Shown here: positions 19,828 to 30,509 of the stretch, one piece after another
Layout: each line of letters opens with the position of its first letter
Position numbering within the stretch: position 1 is the stretch's first letter
NCBI GenBank assembly: GCA_963841735.1
Contig: CAWJDT010000001.1
Coordinates: 512,001 to 576,000 of the forward strand
Direction of reading: 5' to 3'
DNA length: 64,000 bases
DNA from: an uncultured Actinomycetes bacterium
Lineage (GTDB): Bacteria > Actinomycetota > Thermoleophilia > RBG-16-64-13
Translations under genes and position numbers: made by a program
The notes under the pieces: generated by a model
What the model was told of the DNA's origin: nothing
The model's database searches: none
Seen by the model: only the letters and a program-made list of their open reading frames with translations

Positions 19828-20909
19828 ACCCCGTCGAAGCGGCCGGCCCAGGCAAGAGGTTCAAGCTCTCGCGAGGCATAGGCCCTCCCCCGTTCGCCCA
19901 TGTCCGCCCGCAGCTTGTGGTCTTTCAGGAGATCGACGATCACGCCGGCCAGCGCCGCCTCGTCCGGCACGACTACCCCGCCACCCGACTGCTGGATCAG
20001 CTCCACGGCTCCCCCGCCGTCCTTCATTACCACCACGGGTAGGCCCGATGCCATAGCTTCGTTGACCGCCAACCCTGCCCCCTCGTCTCGCGACGGAAAC
20101 ACAAACAGGTCCATCTGCATGAGATAGGTCTGCGGAACATCGCTGTGTCCCACGAAATCGACGATCTCATCGATTCCCAGCGAGCGCGCCAGCAACGCAA
20201 GGTCGTCTCTCAGCTCGCCGTCGCCCACCAGGACGACCCGCAACTCGGGGCAACAGCCTTGGGAGACCACCGACGCCACGGCCCGCAGCAACATATCCAC
20301 CCGCTTCACCGGAACGAGGCGGCCCATCCACCCCACCACCGCTCCGCCACCTTTGCGGTTAGCCGCTCGCCCTCCGAACTGGTCCAGCGCTATGCCGTTG
20401 TAGACCACCGCCACTTTGGCCGGAGCGACCCCGTACAGCGTCTTTGCCCTCTCCGCGAGAAACTGGGACACAGTCGTGACCCGGGTCATCGCGTGCCGCA
20501 GAAGAAAGGAGAGCCCCATCCGCTTCAGCCTGCGGCGTAGCCCCTTCAGGGTGGGCAGACGGCGAAGGCTGACCGTCCCCACGGAGCGCGTCTGAGCTCG
20601 AAGCCCGTGCAGGGTGAAGATGGTCGCCCGCCGGCTGAGCCACCCGGCAGTGAGAAGATCCAAGTCTGCGGTGTGAAGATGCACCACGTCGTAGGCGCGG
20701 AGTTGCCGAGCAAGACTCACGACACCCGTGACGCTACGCACCTCGACCCCCACATCGGTGAAATACGCGACATCCTCCACGCCGGCGTGGCGAACAAACA
20801 GAGCCACCCGGTCGCCCCGCTTGACCTGAGCGGGGAGGAGGACCCGGAAGACGGTACCCATGCCTCCCCCGATCACGTTCGACACGTGAGCGACAGAGAG
20901 GCTAGGCAT
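19803..20909 (-). CDS. Glycosyltransferase family 4
   Basis: VYNGI, GRLVPVKR, VGDG, EGAGLAVNEAMASGLPVV. Confidence 0.92.
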   Translation of the reverse strand: MPSLSVAHVSNVIGGGMGTVFRVLLPAQVKRGDRVALFVRHAGVEDVAYFTDVGVEVRSVTGVVSLARQLRAYDVVHLHTADLDLLTAGWLSRRATIFTLHGLRAQTRSVGTVSLRRLPTLKGLRRRLKRMGLSFLLRHAMTRVTTVSQFLAERAKTLYGVAPAKVAVVYNGIALDQFGGRAANRKGGGAVVGWMGRLVPVKRVDMLLRAVASVVSQGCCPELRVVLVGDGELRDDLALLARSLGIDEIVDFVGHSDVPQTYLMQMDLFVFPSRDEGAGLAVNEAMASGLPVVVMKDGGGAVELIQQSGGGVVVPDEAALAGVIVDLLKDHKLRADMGERGRAYASRELEPLAWAGRFDGVYRAAVSS

Positions 20910-22050
20910 GAGCAGCCGCCGCTTGTTGCATCACGGCCTCGTAAGCCGCTCCCACGGACTCCCCGGAGAACTCACTCTTCGCCAACGCCAGCGCTCGAGC
21001 GCTCAGCGACTCACGGAACTCCGGGTCGGTTAGCAGCCGCCGAACCTGCACCACCATTGTGGGTAGGTCGCCCGCTCGGAAACCCACTCCGTTCCCCTCT
21101 ATGATCCCGTCGGGGTCAAATGAGAGCGTCGCCGTCGGGGTACCGCAGTGCCAGGCCTGCACCAGTGCATTGGACAGCCCCTCGACAGGGCTGGTGTTGA
21201 CCAACACCGCTGCTTTGGCGATCCACTCCCAGGACTCGCTCAAGGGCACCTCTCCGATGTAGCGAAAGCGGACAAGACCATCAGTGGCCGCCAGTACGCT
21301 CTCCAGATAGGCCTCGTTGCTGGCCGGGCCCACCAGCGCGAAGTCGCAATCCAAGTCGGACAGACTCCTGGCCAGCTCAACGAACGCTTCCGGACTCCGC
21401 TCGGTCGATACCCTGCCTACCCACACCACCAACTGGGGGGTCGCCTTGGGTGGAAGATCGGCGGGCGGCGCGTGCAGTGACCGGATCACTGCCCCTTCCC
21501 GACCGTGGACGGCCCGCAGGCGCGCACACTGGTGCTGCGTCTGACAGACGTGCTGATCGGCCCGCCCTACCCCCAGATCGCAGACCAGGTCGGCGATGAG
21601 ATCAGGGATAGTGCGCAGCACCTTGCGTGCGACCGGGCGCGGCCCGTTCCACAGATGGCGCAGATGCTTCCAACGCTCGCACCCCTCTTCGGCGTTGCTG
21701 GCCCAGACGAAACCCGTGCGCCGACGCCACCGCTCCCAGGCAGCCACACCCGCGAGATAGGTCCGCCCACGCACGTAGATGACATCGGGGGCATAGCGAC
21801 GAACCGCCCGCGACGCTGTCGGAGCGCCCAGGAGAGGTACCCGCGCCGACCTTCGAAACGCGAAAACCGGGATCCCCTCGCGGACCATGTTGGCATCGCC
21901 CTTCGCATGGCGGTCGGAGCCCGAGACGACGGCCACCTCGTGGCCTCGACTTGCCAACTCCTTGGCCAGAGCGAGAATCTGCACTTGGGCTCCGTTCACG
22001 GCCTCGGGCCCCAGGGTGAAGCGCGACTCGTCTAGAAAACAGATCCTCAA
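20902..22050 (-). CDS. Glycosyltransferase family 4
   Basis: TTG start with GGAG RBS; GAQVQ..RGHEV; WVGR; EGLSNALVQAWHCGTP. Confidence 0.9.
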   Translation of the reverse strand: MRICFLDESRFTLGPEAVNGAQVQILALAKELASRGHEVAVVSGSDRHAKGDANMVREGIPVFAFRRSARVPLLGAPTASRAVRRYAPDVIYVRGRTYLAGVAAWERWRRRTGFVWASNAEEGCERWKHLRHLWNGPRPVARKVLRTIPDLIADLVCDLGVGRADQHVCQTQHQCARLRAVHGREGAVIRSLHAPPADLPPKATPQLVVWVGRVSTERSPEAFVELARSLSDLDCDFALVGPASNEAYLESVLAATDGLVRFRYIGEVPLSESWEWIAKAAVLVNTSPVEGLSNALVQAWHCGTPTATLSFDPDGIIEGNGVGFRAGDLPTMVVQVRRLLTDPEFRESLSARALALAKSEFSGESVGAAYEAVMQQAAAAHA

Positions 22051-22053
22051 GTT

Positions 22054-23556
22054 CTACTCCTGTTTCTCTCTCGAAAAACTGGACCGCAGGCGATGCACCA
22101 GTTGCGTGAGGGCAGTATAGCCGCAGGCTTTCGCGACCAAGGCGACCGCGGCGTAGATGGCAAGACAAACGGCCGTGAGAACGACCAGGGACCAAACGCT
22201 CCCTGTCGGCAGCGCGTACCCCATGCCCACAGCCGCGCCCATGGCCAGGCCCGCTCCAACGACAGGCACGCCGAGCGATGCCAACACCGGGCCAAGGGCG
22301 GCTCCCGCTATGCGCGCTCCGTCAAACAGCGACCAGGCGAGAGCCGGCACCGCGCTGATCAAGACGGCGATGCACACGCCCTTGAGATCCCACCACTGAA
22401 GCATCGGATAGATGAGGCCCGCGAGAAGTACCGTCTTGACAAGGAGCCTGCGAGTGGCCAGCTGAGGTCTGCCGACAGCCTCAAAGAGCGCGATGGGGAT
22501 CTCGCCCACCGACTCCAACGCCCCCCAGATGGCCAGCACCCTCATCACTGGGATAACGCCCAGCCACTTGGGCCCCAGCACCAGCTCCACGAAATCGGGG
22601 GTGATGACCCAGATATAGCCGGCCAAGCCGATCGACACCAAGGCTGTACTCCCAAGAGCCTCCACGAAAGCTCTGCGCAGCTTGTTGGCATTGTTCTGGA
22701 CCTTGGCGTAGGCCGGCAGCGCTACCATCTGCAGCACGTTGGTGATCTCGGTAGCGGGCAGGTTGGAGTACCTATAGCCAATCTGGTAGAGACCGAGACT
22801 GGCCGAGCCCAGCAGCCGGCCCACCAAGATATCGTCGCCTTGGCCGTAGAGAAAGCGGAGGATGGTGCTGCCGGTGATCCACTTGCCGTACGACATCAAT
22901 TCCCGGGCGCGGGCTCTGTTGAAGCGTAGGCGTGGCAGATAGGGAACGACCACGTACCCCAGCAGCAGCGCCACCGCGGCCTTCGCCGCCAGGCCCAAGA
23001 CCAGCGCGACCGGTGTGCGGTACACGACCACGATGACAATCGATAGAGCTACGTCCACCAGGCTCGGAACGATCGACAACAGGAATACGCGACCGAACCG
23101 CAGTTGGCGCCTGAGAGTGACCACGGCGGGGTTGCCAAAGCCGGCGAACGCCGAGGTGAGAGCTAGTATACGGATGAGGTCGGTGGCGGCCGGCTGGTGA
23201 AAGAAGGCCGCGATAAGCGGCGCGGCCAGCACCATGATGACGGCGACAGCGAGACCCCGCAGAAACGAGATGATCCAGGCGGTATCCAGATACGGCTTCA
23301 CGTCATCAGGCCGGCGCACGAGCGCAGACGTCAGGCCGAACATCGAGAAGATCTCGATGACACTCTGTGCCAACAGTGCAATCCCGAACACACCAAGGTC
23401 GTCCGGGACAAGGAGACGCGCGATTATCGCGGTCCGCACCAGCCCCATGAGCCGGTTGGAGATATTGAGACCGAACATCCAGGCCGCGCCGCGCGACGCC
23501 AACCTGCCGACCGTCTGACCGGTTTGCGTTTCTTCCGTGTCTACCGGCTCATTCAC
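22054..23556 (-). CDS. wzx: Wzx flippase (WzxC-like, PST family)
   Basis: IIARLLVPDDLGVFG, D.ILVGRLLGSASLGLY, LGPKW; about 12 TM helices; GTG start overlaps the upstream TGA. Confidence 0.9.
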   Translation of the reverse strand: MNEPVDTEETQTGQTVGRLASRGAAWMFGLNISNRLMGLVRTAIIARLLVPDDLGVFGIALLAQSVIEIFSMFGLTSALVRRPDDVKPYLDTAWIISFLRGLAVAVIMVLAAPLIAAFFHQPAATDLIRILALTSAFAGFGNPAVVTLRRQLRFGRVFLLSIVPSLVDVALSIVIVVVYRTPVALVLGLAAKAAVALLLGYVVVPYLPRLRFNRARARELMSYGKWITGSTILRFLYGQGDDILVGRLLGSASLGLYQIGYRYSNLPATEITNVLQMVALPAYAKVQNNANKLRRAFVEALGSTALVSIGLAGYIWVITPDFVELVLGPKWLGVIPVMRVLAIWGALESVGEIPIALFEAVGRPQLATRRLLVKTVLLAGLIYPMLQWWDLKGVCIAVLISAVPALAWSLFDGARIAGAALGPVLASLGVPVVGAGLAMGAAVGMGYALPTGSVWSLVVLTAVCLAIYAAVALVAKACGYTALTQLVHRLRSSFSREKQE

Positions 23557-24509
23557 GCTTGCACGAGAGAGTCTCTTATCTCGCTCAAGGTGGCAAACCG
23601 CCCGCCACAAGCCGTCACCTCTTCGCAAACCGCCCTTAAATCGTCAAGCGCGGTCCGCACCCCTTCCTCAGAGCGTGCGTTGGGGCTACAGGCGGGCACC
23701 ATGTCGACGTTGTGAAACATCATATTCAAGATCCCCTGGTACTCCCCCCGGACGGCGCTTCGCACGAAGGAGAGAAGTACGCCCCGCTTCGACCATCCAG
23801 GGCGGAACCAGAAGGGGCCCCGGGCCCACTTGGCCAAGTCCCTTGTAGACGTGACCCTGCTACGAGCCAAGAACTGGGTCGCCCCCCGGACGAAAGCCGG
23901 CGCGGGCGACGGTCGTAGCGAGATAGGTATCTCCAACAAACCGCCAGGTAGTCCAGCTCGGCTGATATCGTCGGCCGAAGGGTAGTAGGGAGAGTCGGGA
24001 GCTCCTCGGAAGTCAAGACCCTCGTCCCAGAGCTTGTGGGGGGTGACGCTGGTATCGACTGCGTATCCCAGATCGGCCAGAAAGCGTAGAGAGCGGGCGC
24101 TGGCTCCATATCTACCCGCCCTGTACGAACGTGGCGAGTAGCCGAAAGTGTCGGTGAACAGGGCGGTGAGTATCTCGAGTTGCCACCGCTCCTCCTCTTC
24201 CGATAGCAGACAGGCTATCGCCGAGGTCTGGGTCACCCCTTCGGAACCGACGATGAACTCGGGATGCAGGTGCGTGCCCAGCTCGCAATCGGTCGCAGCC
24301 CTTAGCAGAGCGGCACTTTCTTCGTGTCGCATCACCTCCGGGCTGACCAGATACGTCGGGCGGACGCCGTACTCCAGAAACAAGGGCGTCAGCCGCCGGC
24401 CGATACCTTCCTCGACACCGCGGAAAGCGAGGGGCTGCCGCACGTCCCAGCGCTCGTCCTTATCGCACTCGACGTCTATGGAAACCGCTACGAGGCAGGA
24501 CGGCGTCAC
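23553..24509 (-). CDS. Polysaccharide deacetylase-like (CE4, WalW-type)
   Basis: SIDVECD, RPTYLV, ELGTHLHPE, SYRAGRYG, VDTSVTP, MMFHN. Confidence 0.82.
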   Translation of the reverse strand: MTPSCLVAVSIDVECDKDERWDVRQPLAFRGVEEGIGRRLTPLFLEYGVRPTYLVSPEVMRHEESAALLRAATDCELGTHLHPEFIVGSEGVTQTSAIACLLSEEEERWQLEILTALFTDTFGYSPRSYRAGRYGASARSLRFLADLGYAVDTSVTPHKLWDEGLDFRGAPDSPYYPSADDISRAGLPGGLLEIPISLRPSPAPAFVRGATQFLARSRVTSTRDLAKWARGPFWFRPGWSKRGVLLSFVRSAVRGEYQGILNMMFHNVDMVPACSPNARSEEGVRTALDDLRAVCEEVTACGGRFATLSEIRDSLVQA

Positions 24510-25639
24510 CCCGCCGACCTACGCAGTCTGTTGAGCAGCGCCGAGCGAGCCGTGGCCAGATTGCGCACGCGGATATCCAACAGGCCCCGCGAAACGTTTG
24601 TCCACTTCAGCTTGTAGTCCGTGTCGCCGCGCATCATGTTGAACTCATTGATCGTCTTGTCTTCAAAGCATCCCTGGATCGCGCTCGCCCAAAGCACCTT
24701 CCCTGGCGACACCGCGCTGTAGGCAGGGTTGTGTGCCATATTCCACGCGTAGAAGACTCCCCCTGTCTCGAACCCGATCAGGTACGCACCGATCTCCTGC
24801 CCCACGTGCAGCGTCCACACCGACAACATCCCCAGCCGCCTCAGCCCCTCGAGCGCCTCGACGACAAAGGCCGCGTATCGTTCATCGGCCAGACCGCTCT
24901 CCCGACCAAGCTCATCTTGGCGAGCGCGATGGATGGCAGCAGCTACGTTCATGAGATCGTCCACGTCCGCCCCGCGATCGTGACGGATCACCAATTCCCC
25001 CAGCTCCGCAAGCCGGCGACGAACTCGGGGTAGATCTCTGCGGACGAACTTCTTGCTGGTCGTAGCCAGATATGCTTCCCAGTCGCCGCCGCTGGTGTCG
25101 ATATAGTACGAGGGCGCGCGTTTCACGCTCACGCTACACTTCAGGCCACTGCGCAGGCCATCGAGCAGTCCTTCCACCGCTTCCGACGCCTCAGGCGCAC
25201 AATCGAGATGCAACTCGTCCCAAGATGTGCGAAACCGAATGAGAAAGTCGGCTACCGCGGAGCCGGCATCTCTCGCGGAGCCGTCAGAGATGATGTCGTG
25301 CTGGTCGCTGGGCCCGGTGGCCAACCACTGGACCTCCCGAAGCGGCACCAGCCCGCGGACGCGGCGGCGCACCAACATCAGGGGCGCGATGGCGACAGAT
25401 CGGTCGCCCGAGTCCACCACTATCGAGAAGAGCGCGTGTTGCCGAGAGCCGACCAGACGCCACCAGGGCTCTACCCAATCGTAGAGATATTGGGGATGAC
25501 TGGTAGGGCATTTCTGCGCCAGCGCGTCCCACAACTGCCGCAGTCCGTCCAGAGAATCAAGCCTAGTGGTGGTCACCGCTCGGTCCACGCCGCCCAAGTC
25601 AGGCCATCCCAGAAGCGCCGCGCTTCGTCCGACAGCCAC
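24506..25639 (-). CDS. GNAT acetyltransferase, CelD/BcsL type
   Basis: VAIAPL, RVRRRL, YSAVSPGKVL, FNMMRGDTDYKLKW signature. Confidence 0.85.
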   Translation of the reverse strand: MAVGRSAALLGWPDLGGVDRAVTTTRLDSLDGLRQLWDALAQKCPTSHPQYLYDWVEPWWRLVGSRQHALFSIVVDSGDRSVAIAPLMLVRRRVRGLVPLREVQWLATGPSDQHDIISDGSARDAGSAVADFLIRFRTSWDELHLDCAPEASEAVEGLLDGLRSGLKCSVSVKRAPSYYIDTSGGDWEAYLATTSKKFVRRDLPRVRRRLAELGELVIRHDRGADVDDLMNVAAAIHRARQDELGRESGLADERYAAFVVEALEGLRRLGMLSVWTLHVGQEIGAYLIGFETGGVFYAWNMAHNPAYSAVSPGKVLWASAIQGCFEDKTINEFNMMRGDTDYKLKWTNVSRGLLDIRVRNLATARSALLNRLRRSAG

Positions 25640-25823
25640 CTGAAGGTATGGTGACGCAAGCGAACGGGGGGACGACGATGGTGAAGGTATTCTCGTGCAT
25701 GCAACAGCACTGTAGCACCGCGACCGGACTTGGCGTACGTAGCCGCGCCATGGCCACGCGAGCGGCGGTCAGCTAGAATTGCAGCGGTCCCATCTTCCCG
25801 AGCGGAGCGAGCAGCGAGGGTCC

Positions 25824-27218
25824 ATGCGCATCAACCGTCCGTTAGTTCTAGATAGTTTGTGGGACAAGCGGACTGCCGTACTCACTTTCGCGTTTGTCCT
25901 CGCCGCCGACCTCCTGGTGGGCTACTTCTACACTAAGACAGGCTTCTGGGTAGTCATAGGTGCGATGGTCGTCGTAGCCGCGACCATCTTCCTGTTCTCT
26001 TCTCCGCGCGCGCTTATCCTCACGGTGTTTGTGGCGAAGCCGATCATCGACATGCTCTGGTTCGCCAGTACCAACTCGGCGGGTGTCTCCCTCAATGCTC
26101 AGTCGCTGCTTAGCGTCGGCATCCTCGGCGCGGCCTTGATGGTGTTGGCGATCAAACGGATAGTGCTCCCGAGGCGCCTCCTCATCGCGATGTTGATAGT
26201 CGTGGTGACGAACCTGTGGGCCGTGCTCTCCACACCGGGCCTAGCCTATTCGGCCGAATACATGATCCGCATCGTGTGTGGATTCCCTCTGGTGTTCGTC
26301 GTGCCCGCCATCGTGCAGCAGCTTCCCGCCCCGCGCAGACTGCTGCAGCTCTTCTTTGTGATCATGGCGTTCGTATGCATCACCGTGCTTCTCCAACCTC
26401 TGGGGATACTGCCCTACAACTCGTTTGAGGACACCGGGTTCGGCCGCGCCACAGGCTTCTACTACCATCCTTGGGACGTTGCTCGGTACATGGTCATCCT
26501 CGTGCCGCTTGCGCTTGCCATGCTGGATGAACCCGGGCAGCGGCGGGCTACCCGAACTCTGCCCTACTGGCTGCTCCTGGTCGCAGGTCTCGCTGTGACT
26601 TACTTCACCTTCTTGAAGGCGGCGTGGCTGGCCGTTCTGTTCCAAATACTGCTTTGGCTGTATCTGACCGGCAGAAGAAAAGCCGCCTTCTACAGCCTGG
26701 TGGTAACGGTCTTGGTAATCGCGTTCCCCTTGCGACAGGGCTTCACATCAGTCTTCTACGACCTGTGGAAGTTGAGCAGTCCCGAAACCCGTGGTCAAGC
26801 CCTCAGCGGTCGCATCTTTGTGTGGGGCGAATACTGGAGTGGCCTGCGGGGCGCGGGCCTGCGCGACATAATTTTCGGCCAGGGATACCGTCCGTCTGGG
26901 TGGGCCACGTCCGGTGGAGCGGTGCACGACGACTATCTGCGGGTGCTGGTGATGAATGGTATCGTCGGCCTAGTGGCTTACTTCGGTCTACTAATCACGG
27001 TTCTACGTCTATTGACTGGAGCCGTCAAGCGACTGGCCGTTAGGCGAGGCCTCGAATGGCGCATCGGGATCGCGGTGCAGTGCCTGCTGGCGGCGTACAT
27101 CCTGATGGGCATAACCGCCGATCCTTCCAGCTATCCGAGTCTGACCCTCTACCTCTGGCTACTCGTCGGGCTTGTCTTGGGCTACGCAAACCTGGAGCCT
27201 GAGCGGGATGACCAATGA
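25824..27218 (+). CDS. O-antigen polymerase/ligase family protein (Wzy-like)
   Basis: Multi-TM; RATGFYYHP, SGRIFVW, FGQG, HDDYLRVL..GIVGL. Confidence 0.8.
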   Translation: MRINRPLVLDSLWDKRTAVLTFAFVLAADLLVGYFYTKTGFWVVIGAMVVVAATIFLFSSPRALILTVFVAKPIIDMLWFASTNSAGVSLNAQSLLSVGILGAALMVLAIKRIVLPRRLLIAMLIVVVTNLWAVLSTPGLAYSAEYMIRIVCGFPLVFVVPAIVQQLPAPRRLLQLFFVIMAFVCITVLLQPLGILPYNSFEDTGFGRATGFYYHPWDVARYMVILVPLALAMLDEPGQRRATRTLPYWLLLVAGLAVTYFTFLKAAWLAVLFQILLWLYLTGRRKAAFYSLVVTVLVIAFPLRQGFTSVFYDLWKLSSPETRGQALSGRIFVWGEYWSGLRGAGLRDIIFGQGYRPSGWATSGGAVHDDYLRVLVMNGIVGLVAYFGLLITVLRLLTGAVKRLAVRRGLEWRIGIAVQCLLAAYILMGITADPSSYPSLTLYLWLLVGLVLGYANLEPERDDQ

Positions 27219-28348
27219 CCGACACGTTGAGCGTGGTCCACGTGGTCTGGGGCGCCGGCTTTGGGGGTATAGAGAGATTCGTGTCCGACCTAGCGCGTGC
27301 GCAGGCAGCGACGGCCCAACTGGACGTCGAAGTCCTCGTTTGCGGGACCACTGCCGACAATCCGTCGCTTGCCAGATACGCGGCGCCTGGAGTTAAAGTC
27401 AGCGCCGGCGGATTGCGCTCGGGGTTCGACATTCGCCGAGGTCCGCTCAAAGCCGTGACGAAGACTCTGGCGGCTGCCGACGTCATTCATATGCACGGCT
27501 TCACGCCCTCGGTCGCCCTTGCCGTCCGTCGAGCCAAGCGTCCTGTGCTCTTTACTGAGCATGGGCTTCTGGGGCTTGACAAGAAATGGCCTTCGCTCGG
27601 CGCGGTCAAACAGACCGCCAAGGGGCTCTTTCTGCGCCGCGAGGCCGCCGTCGTCGCTTGTGTCTCCGAGTGGGTGACCGAAGCTACGAGGCGGAAGTAC
27701 CGCATTGCCCAAGACCGGCTCCACCTGGTGCCTGACGGTGTCGACTTTGCGAGCATCCGCGCCGGGCGGCACCGAGACGAAGTCCTCCTCGACCAGGGGA
27801 TAGACCCCTCGGCCTGGGTAATGGCCGTGACGGCCCGTTTCGTCGATTTCAAACGCATCGACCGGCTCCTCGAGGCAGCGGCCTTGCTACGCAGCGGCGG
27901 GCGAGAGTGGGCTCTCCTTATGGTGGGGAGCGGCCCCCTGGATGATGCTCTGCGCAAACACTCTGCCTCTCTTGGCATCGCCGAAAACGTGCGCTTCCTG
28001 GGATATTGGGACAACGTTTGGGATCTGGTCGCAGCCGCGGATCTTATCCCGGTGCCATCAGATTACGAAGCCTTTGGATTGGTGGTCCTCGAGGCTATGG
28101 CTCTGGGTCGTCCTGTCGTGGCTTTCACCGATGCAGGCGGACCGGCAGAAGTAATCCATAGGGTCGGCGGCGGTTGTCTGGTCGACAGTGTCGCGGCCCT
28201 GGCCTCAATCATGGAGCAAAGCCGCAGCGGCAAGCCACTGAGTGGGTTCAAGCCGCTCGACGAGACCCGGCTCAGGGAGGACTACAGCATTCAAACAGCG
28301 GCGGCCGCCTACGCGAATCTCTATTCCGCCGCCAACAAGAACGCATAG
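27215..28348 (+). CDS. Glycosyltransferase family 4
   Basis: GGIERFV, TEHG, KRIDRLL, EAFGLVVLEAMALGRPVV. Confidence 0.92.
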   Translation: MTDTLSVVHVVWGAGFGGIERFVSDLARAQAATAQLDVEVLVCGTTADNPSLARYAAPGVKVSAGGLRSGFDIRRGPLKAVTKTLAAADVIHMHGFTPSVALAVRRAKRPVLFTEHGLLGLDKKWPSLGAVKQTAKGLFLRREAAVVACVSEWVTEATRRKYRIAQDRLHLVPDGVDFASIRAGRHRDEVLLDQGIDPSAWVMAVTARFVDFKRIDRLLEAAALLRSGGREWALLMVGSGPLDDALRKHSASLGIAENVRFLGYWDNVWDLVAAADLIPVPSDYEAFGLVVLEAMALGRPVVAFTDAGGPAEVIHRVGGGCLVDSVAALASIMEQSRSGKPLSGFKPLDETRLREDYSIQTAAAAYANLYSAANKNA

Positions 28349-28362
28349 AACGGGAGCGAACC

Positions 28363-29340
28363 ACGAGCGTCAGCAATCAGGATCTCCATAGCCTCAGCCG
28401 TTTCGCGTCCGTAGGCCTCTGCCCCCACTGTTGGGGCGAACTGCGGGACGCCGTCGTAGAAGGAGCTGCACTGATCTGCGCCAAGTGCTCCTGCCACGTC
28501 CGCACCAACGCCGGCGTAGTCGCGGCCATGCCTGTCGCAGAGTCGGCCTCCGAGGCAGCTCAGCCGGCGGGGGAAGCGGAGGGGTGGGCTGCCGGCATCG
28601 CCGCCGATATGGACTCCAAGTCCGACACCTATGTCGACAAGTATGACCGCCGCACCCGGGCAAGTAACGGCTTCCTTATCCGACGGGAGCGCGCACTCGA
28701 GATGGCGGGCGACGCGCCCGGCCGAGTGCTCGAGGCCGGCTGCGGCCCCGGTGTCGTGTCGCCCATTCTCTCCGAACGCGGCATCGACACCCACGGCGTC
28801 GACCTCTCTGCCGGCCAGCTTCAAACGGCGGCGGAGCGCGACCCCAATACCCTATACGTCCAGGGAGACCTCGAGAGGCTCCCGTACAGGAGCGGCATGT
28901 TCGACACGATCATGCTACTGGGGGTCTTTGAGTATGTAGAAAGACCCGAGAGCGTCGCCCGCGAGCTGGCCCGCGTGATGAAGCCCGGAGGCCGTCTCGT
29001 TGTTTCGGTGCCGAACGCTCGGGGCTTGGAGCGCCTGTGGACCCACTACGCCTACCTGCCCTTCTCCCGTTTGGCCAAACGGACGCTCGGCAGGCCCGTC
29101 TCCGCCTATTCGCGTAGGCTCTACTCTCTCAACAGCCTTGCCGCGCTACTTGAGAGGGCAGGGCTTCACGTTGAGCAGACAAGCTTCTTCGACGTGGTGC
29201 TGGCGGCGCCGCCCCTGGACCGGCTGCTCGGTGACGGCACACCCAGGATAGCCACCTCCCTGGAGAAGCGGCTGCATGGGAGGCTACGAAGATTGCTGGC
29301 GAGCCAGATCATCGTAAGCGCGACGGACTCGGGCTCATGA
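28363..29340 (+). CDS. Class I SAM methyltransferase with N-terminal Trm112-like zinc ribbon
   Basis: CPHCWGEL..LICAKC, then VLEAGCGPG, GVDLS, GDLERLP, RVMKPGG. The best-placed start codon is ACG behind GGGAG (see findings). Confidence 0.85.
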   Translation, partial: TSVSNQDLHSLSRFASVGLCPHCWGELRDAVVEGAALICAKCSCHVRTNAGVVAAMPVAESASEAAQPAGEAEGWAAGIAADMDSKSDTYVDKYDRRTRASNGFLIRRERALEMAGDAPGRVLEAGCGPGVVSPILSERGIDTHGVDLSAGQLQTAAERDPNTLYVQGDLERLPYRSGMFDTIMLLGVFEYVERPESVARELARVMKPGGRLVVSVPNARGLERLWTHYAYLPFSRLAKRTLGRPVSAYSRRLYSLNSLAALLERAGLHVEQTSFFDVVLAAPPLDRLLGDGTPRIATSLEKRLHGRLRRLLASQIIVSATDSGS

Positions 29341-30509
29341 ACCGCACCGTCGCCGTTGTCACCAACATCCCGCGGCCCTATCGTCGCGCGCTGTTCGATA
29401 CCGTCGGCCAACAGCTCGAGGCCCAAGACCTTGAACTCCGGCTCCTCTACACGTCGGATCCCACCAAACACATCCGCCGCGGGCTGCCCCCGACAGATTT
29501 CGCCGACCCCACCGTCGAGGCATACGTATCCGGCATCAGTGTGCGCACCGGATTCGAGCGAGTAGTAGCCGTTCCCACCGGTCTCAGCCACGTACTCGAT
29601 CGTCACCGCCCGGCCTGTGTGGTCGCGGGGGGCTTCGGCCCCAGCGCGGTCATGAGCGCCCGCTGGTGCCGCAAAGCCAAGGTGCCATGCATCCTCTGGT
29701 CCGGCGGTTGGCCGGGGCAGGAGGGGAAGATCGGCCGACTACGGAGGGCGGCCCGAAGGCGCCTCGTCCGCAACAGCGCAGCGTTCGTGGCCTACGGCAC
29801 GGCGGCAGCGGAGTATCTGACGACATTGGGCGCGCCCCCTGAGCAAGTCTTCTGTGCTTGGAACACGGTGGATCTGGAGGGCATAGCCGCGGCCGCCCGA
29901 GCCGCGGCGGCCAGGAGATCGGAATTGGCACCCAAGTTCGCGATCGCCGCGAGGAACTTGCTCTTTGTGGGATCGCTGGTGGAACGCAAGGGCCTTCGCG
30001 AGCTGGTGGCTGCGGCCCTGGCGGCGGAATCGCCCAGCACCGATTGGGCGCTCCATCTGGCGGGTGGCGGACCGCTCCAACACGAGCTGGAGGCGACCGT
30101 AGTGGCAGCCGGCAAGCAGGCCAACTTCCGCTTCCATGGGTTGTTGCCCGAGAGTGACGTCGCCGAACTATTGGGACTGGTGGATGGGTTCCTCCTGCCT
30201 ACCAAGCGCGAAGCCTGGGGATTGGTGGTCAACGAAGCCATGGCGTGCGGTGTGCCAACAGTGTCTTCTCCCTGGGCCGGCGCCACTCGGGACCTCATCG
30301 AAGACGGCGTCACGGGCTATGTTGTCGAGCCCACCGATACCCCCGCACTCGCGGCGATCATCTCCCGCCTCCTTTCCGACGATTCCAGAGTCAGAGAGGT
30401 GGGCAAAGCCGGGGCCACCGCGGTGCGAGCCAAGGCATCTTTGGAGAAGGCGGCCGAGGGCTTCGTGTCGGCAATACGATGCGCTCTGGACGGGCCCCGG
30501 AATGACTGA
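29337..30509 (+). CDS. Glycosyltransferase family 4
   Basis: TNIPRPYR, LFVGSLVERKG, EAWGLVVNEAMACG. Confidence 0.92.
   Translation: MNRTVAVVTNIPRPYRRALFDTVGQQLEAQDLELRLLYTSDPTKHIRRGLPPTDFADPTVEAYVSGISVRTGFERVVAVPTGLSHVLDRHRPACVVAGGFGPSAVMSARWCRKAKVPCILWSGGWPGQEGKIGRLRRAARRRLVRNSAAFVAYGTAAAEYLTTLGAPPEQVFCAWNTVDLEGIAAAARAAAARRSELAPKFAIAARNLLFVGSLVERKGLRELVAAALAAESPSTDWALHLAGGGPLQHELEATVVAAGKQANFRFHGLLPESDVAELLGLVDGFLLPTKREAWGLVVNEAMACGVPTVSSPWAGATRDLIEDGVTGYVVEPTDTPALAAIISRLLSDDSRVREVGKAGATAVRAKASLEKAAEGFVSAIRCALDGPRND

Noticed and set aside
17826-28610. Other GCCGATAT octamers (near 17826 and 28603)
   Set aside because: They lie inside coding regions with no TAAA at the correct spacing.
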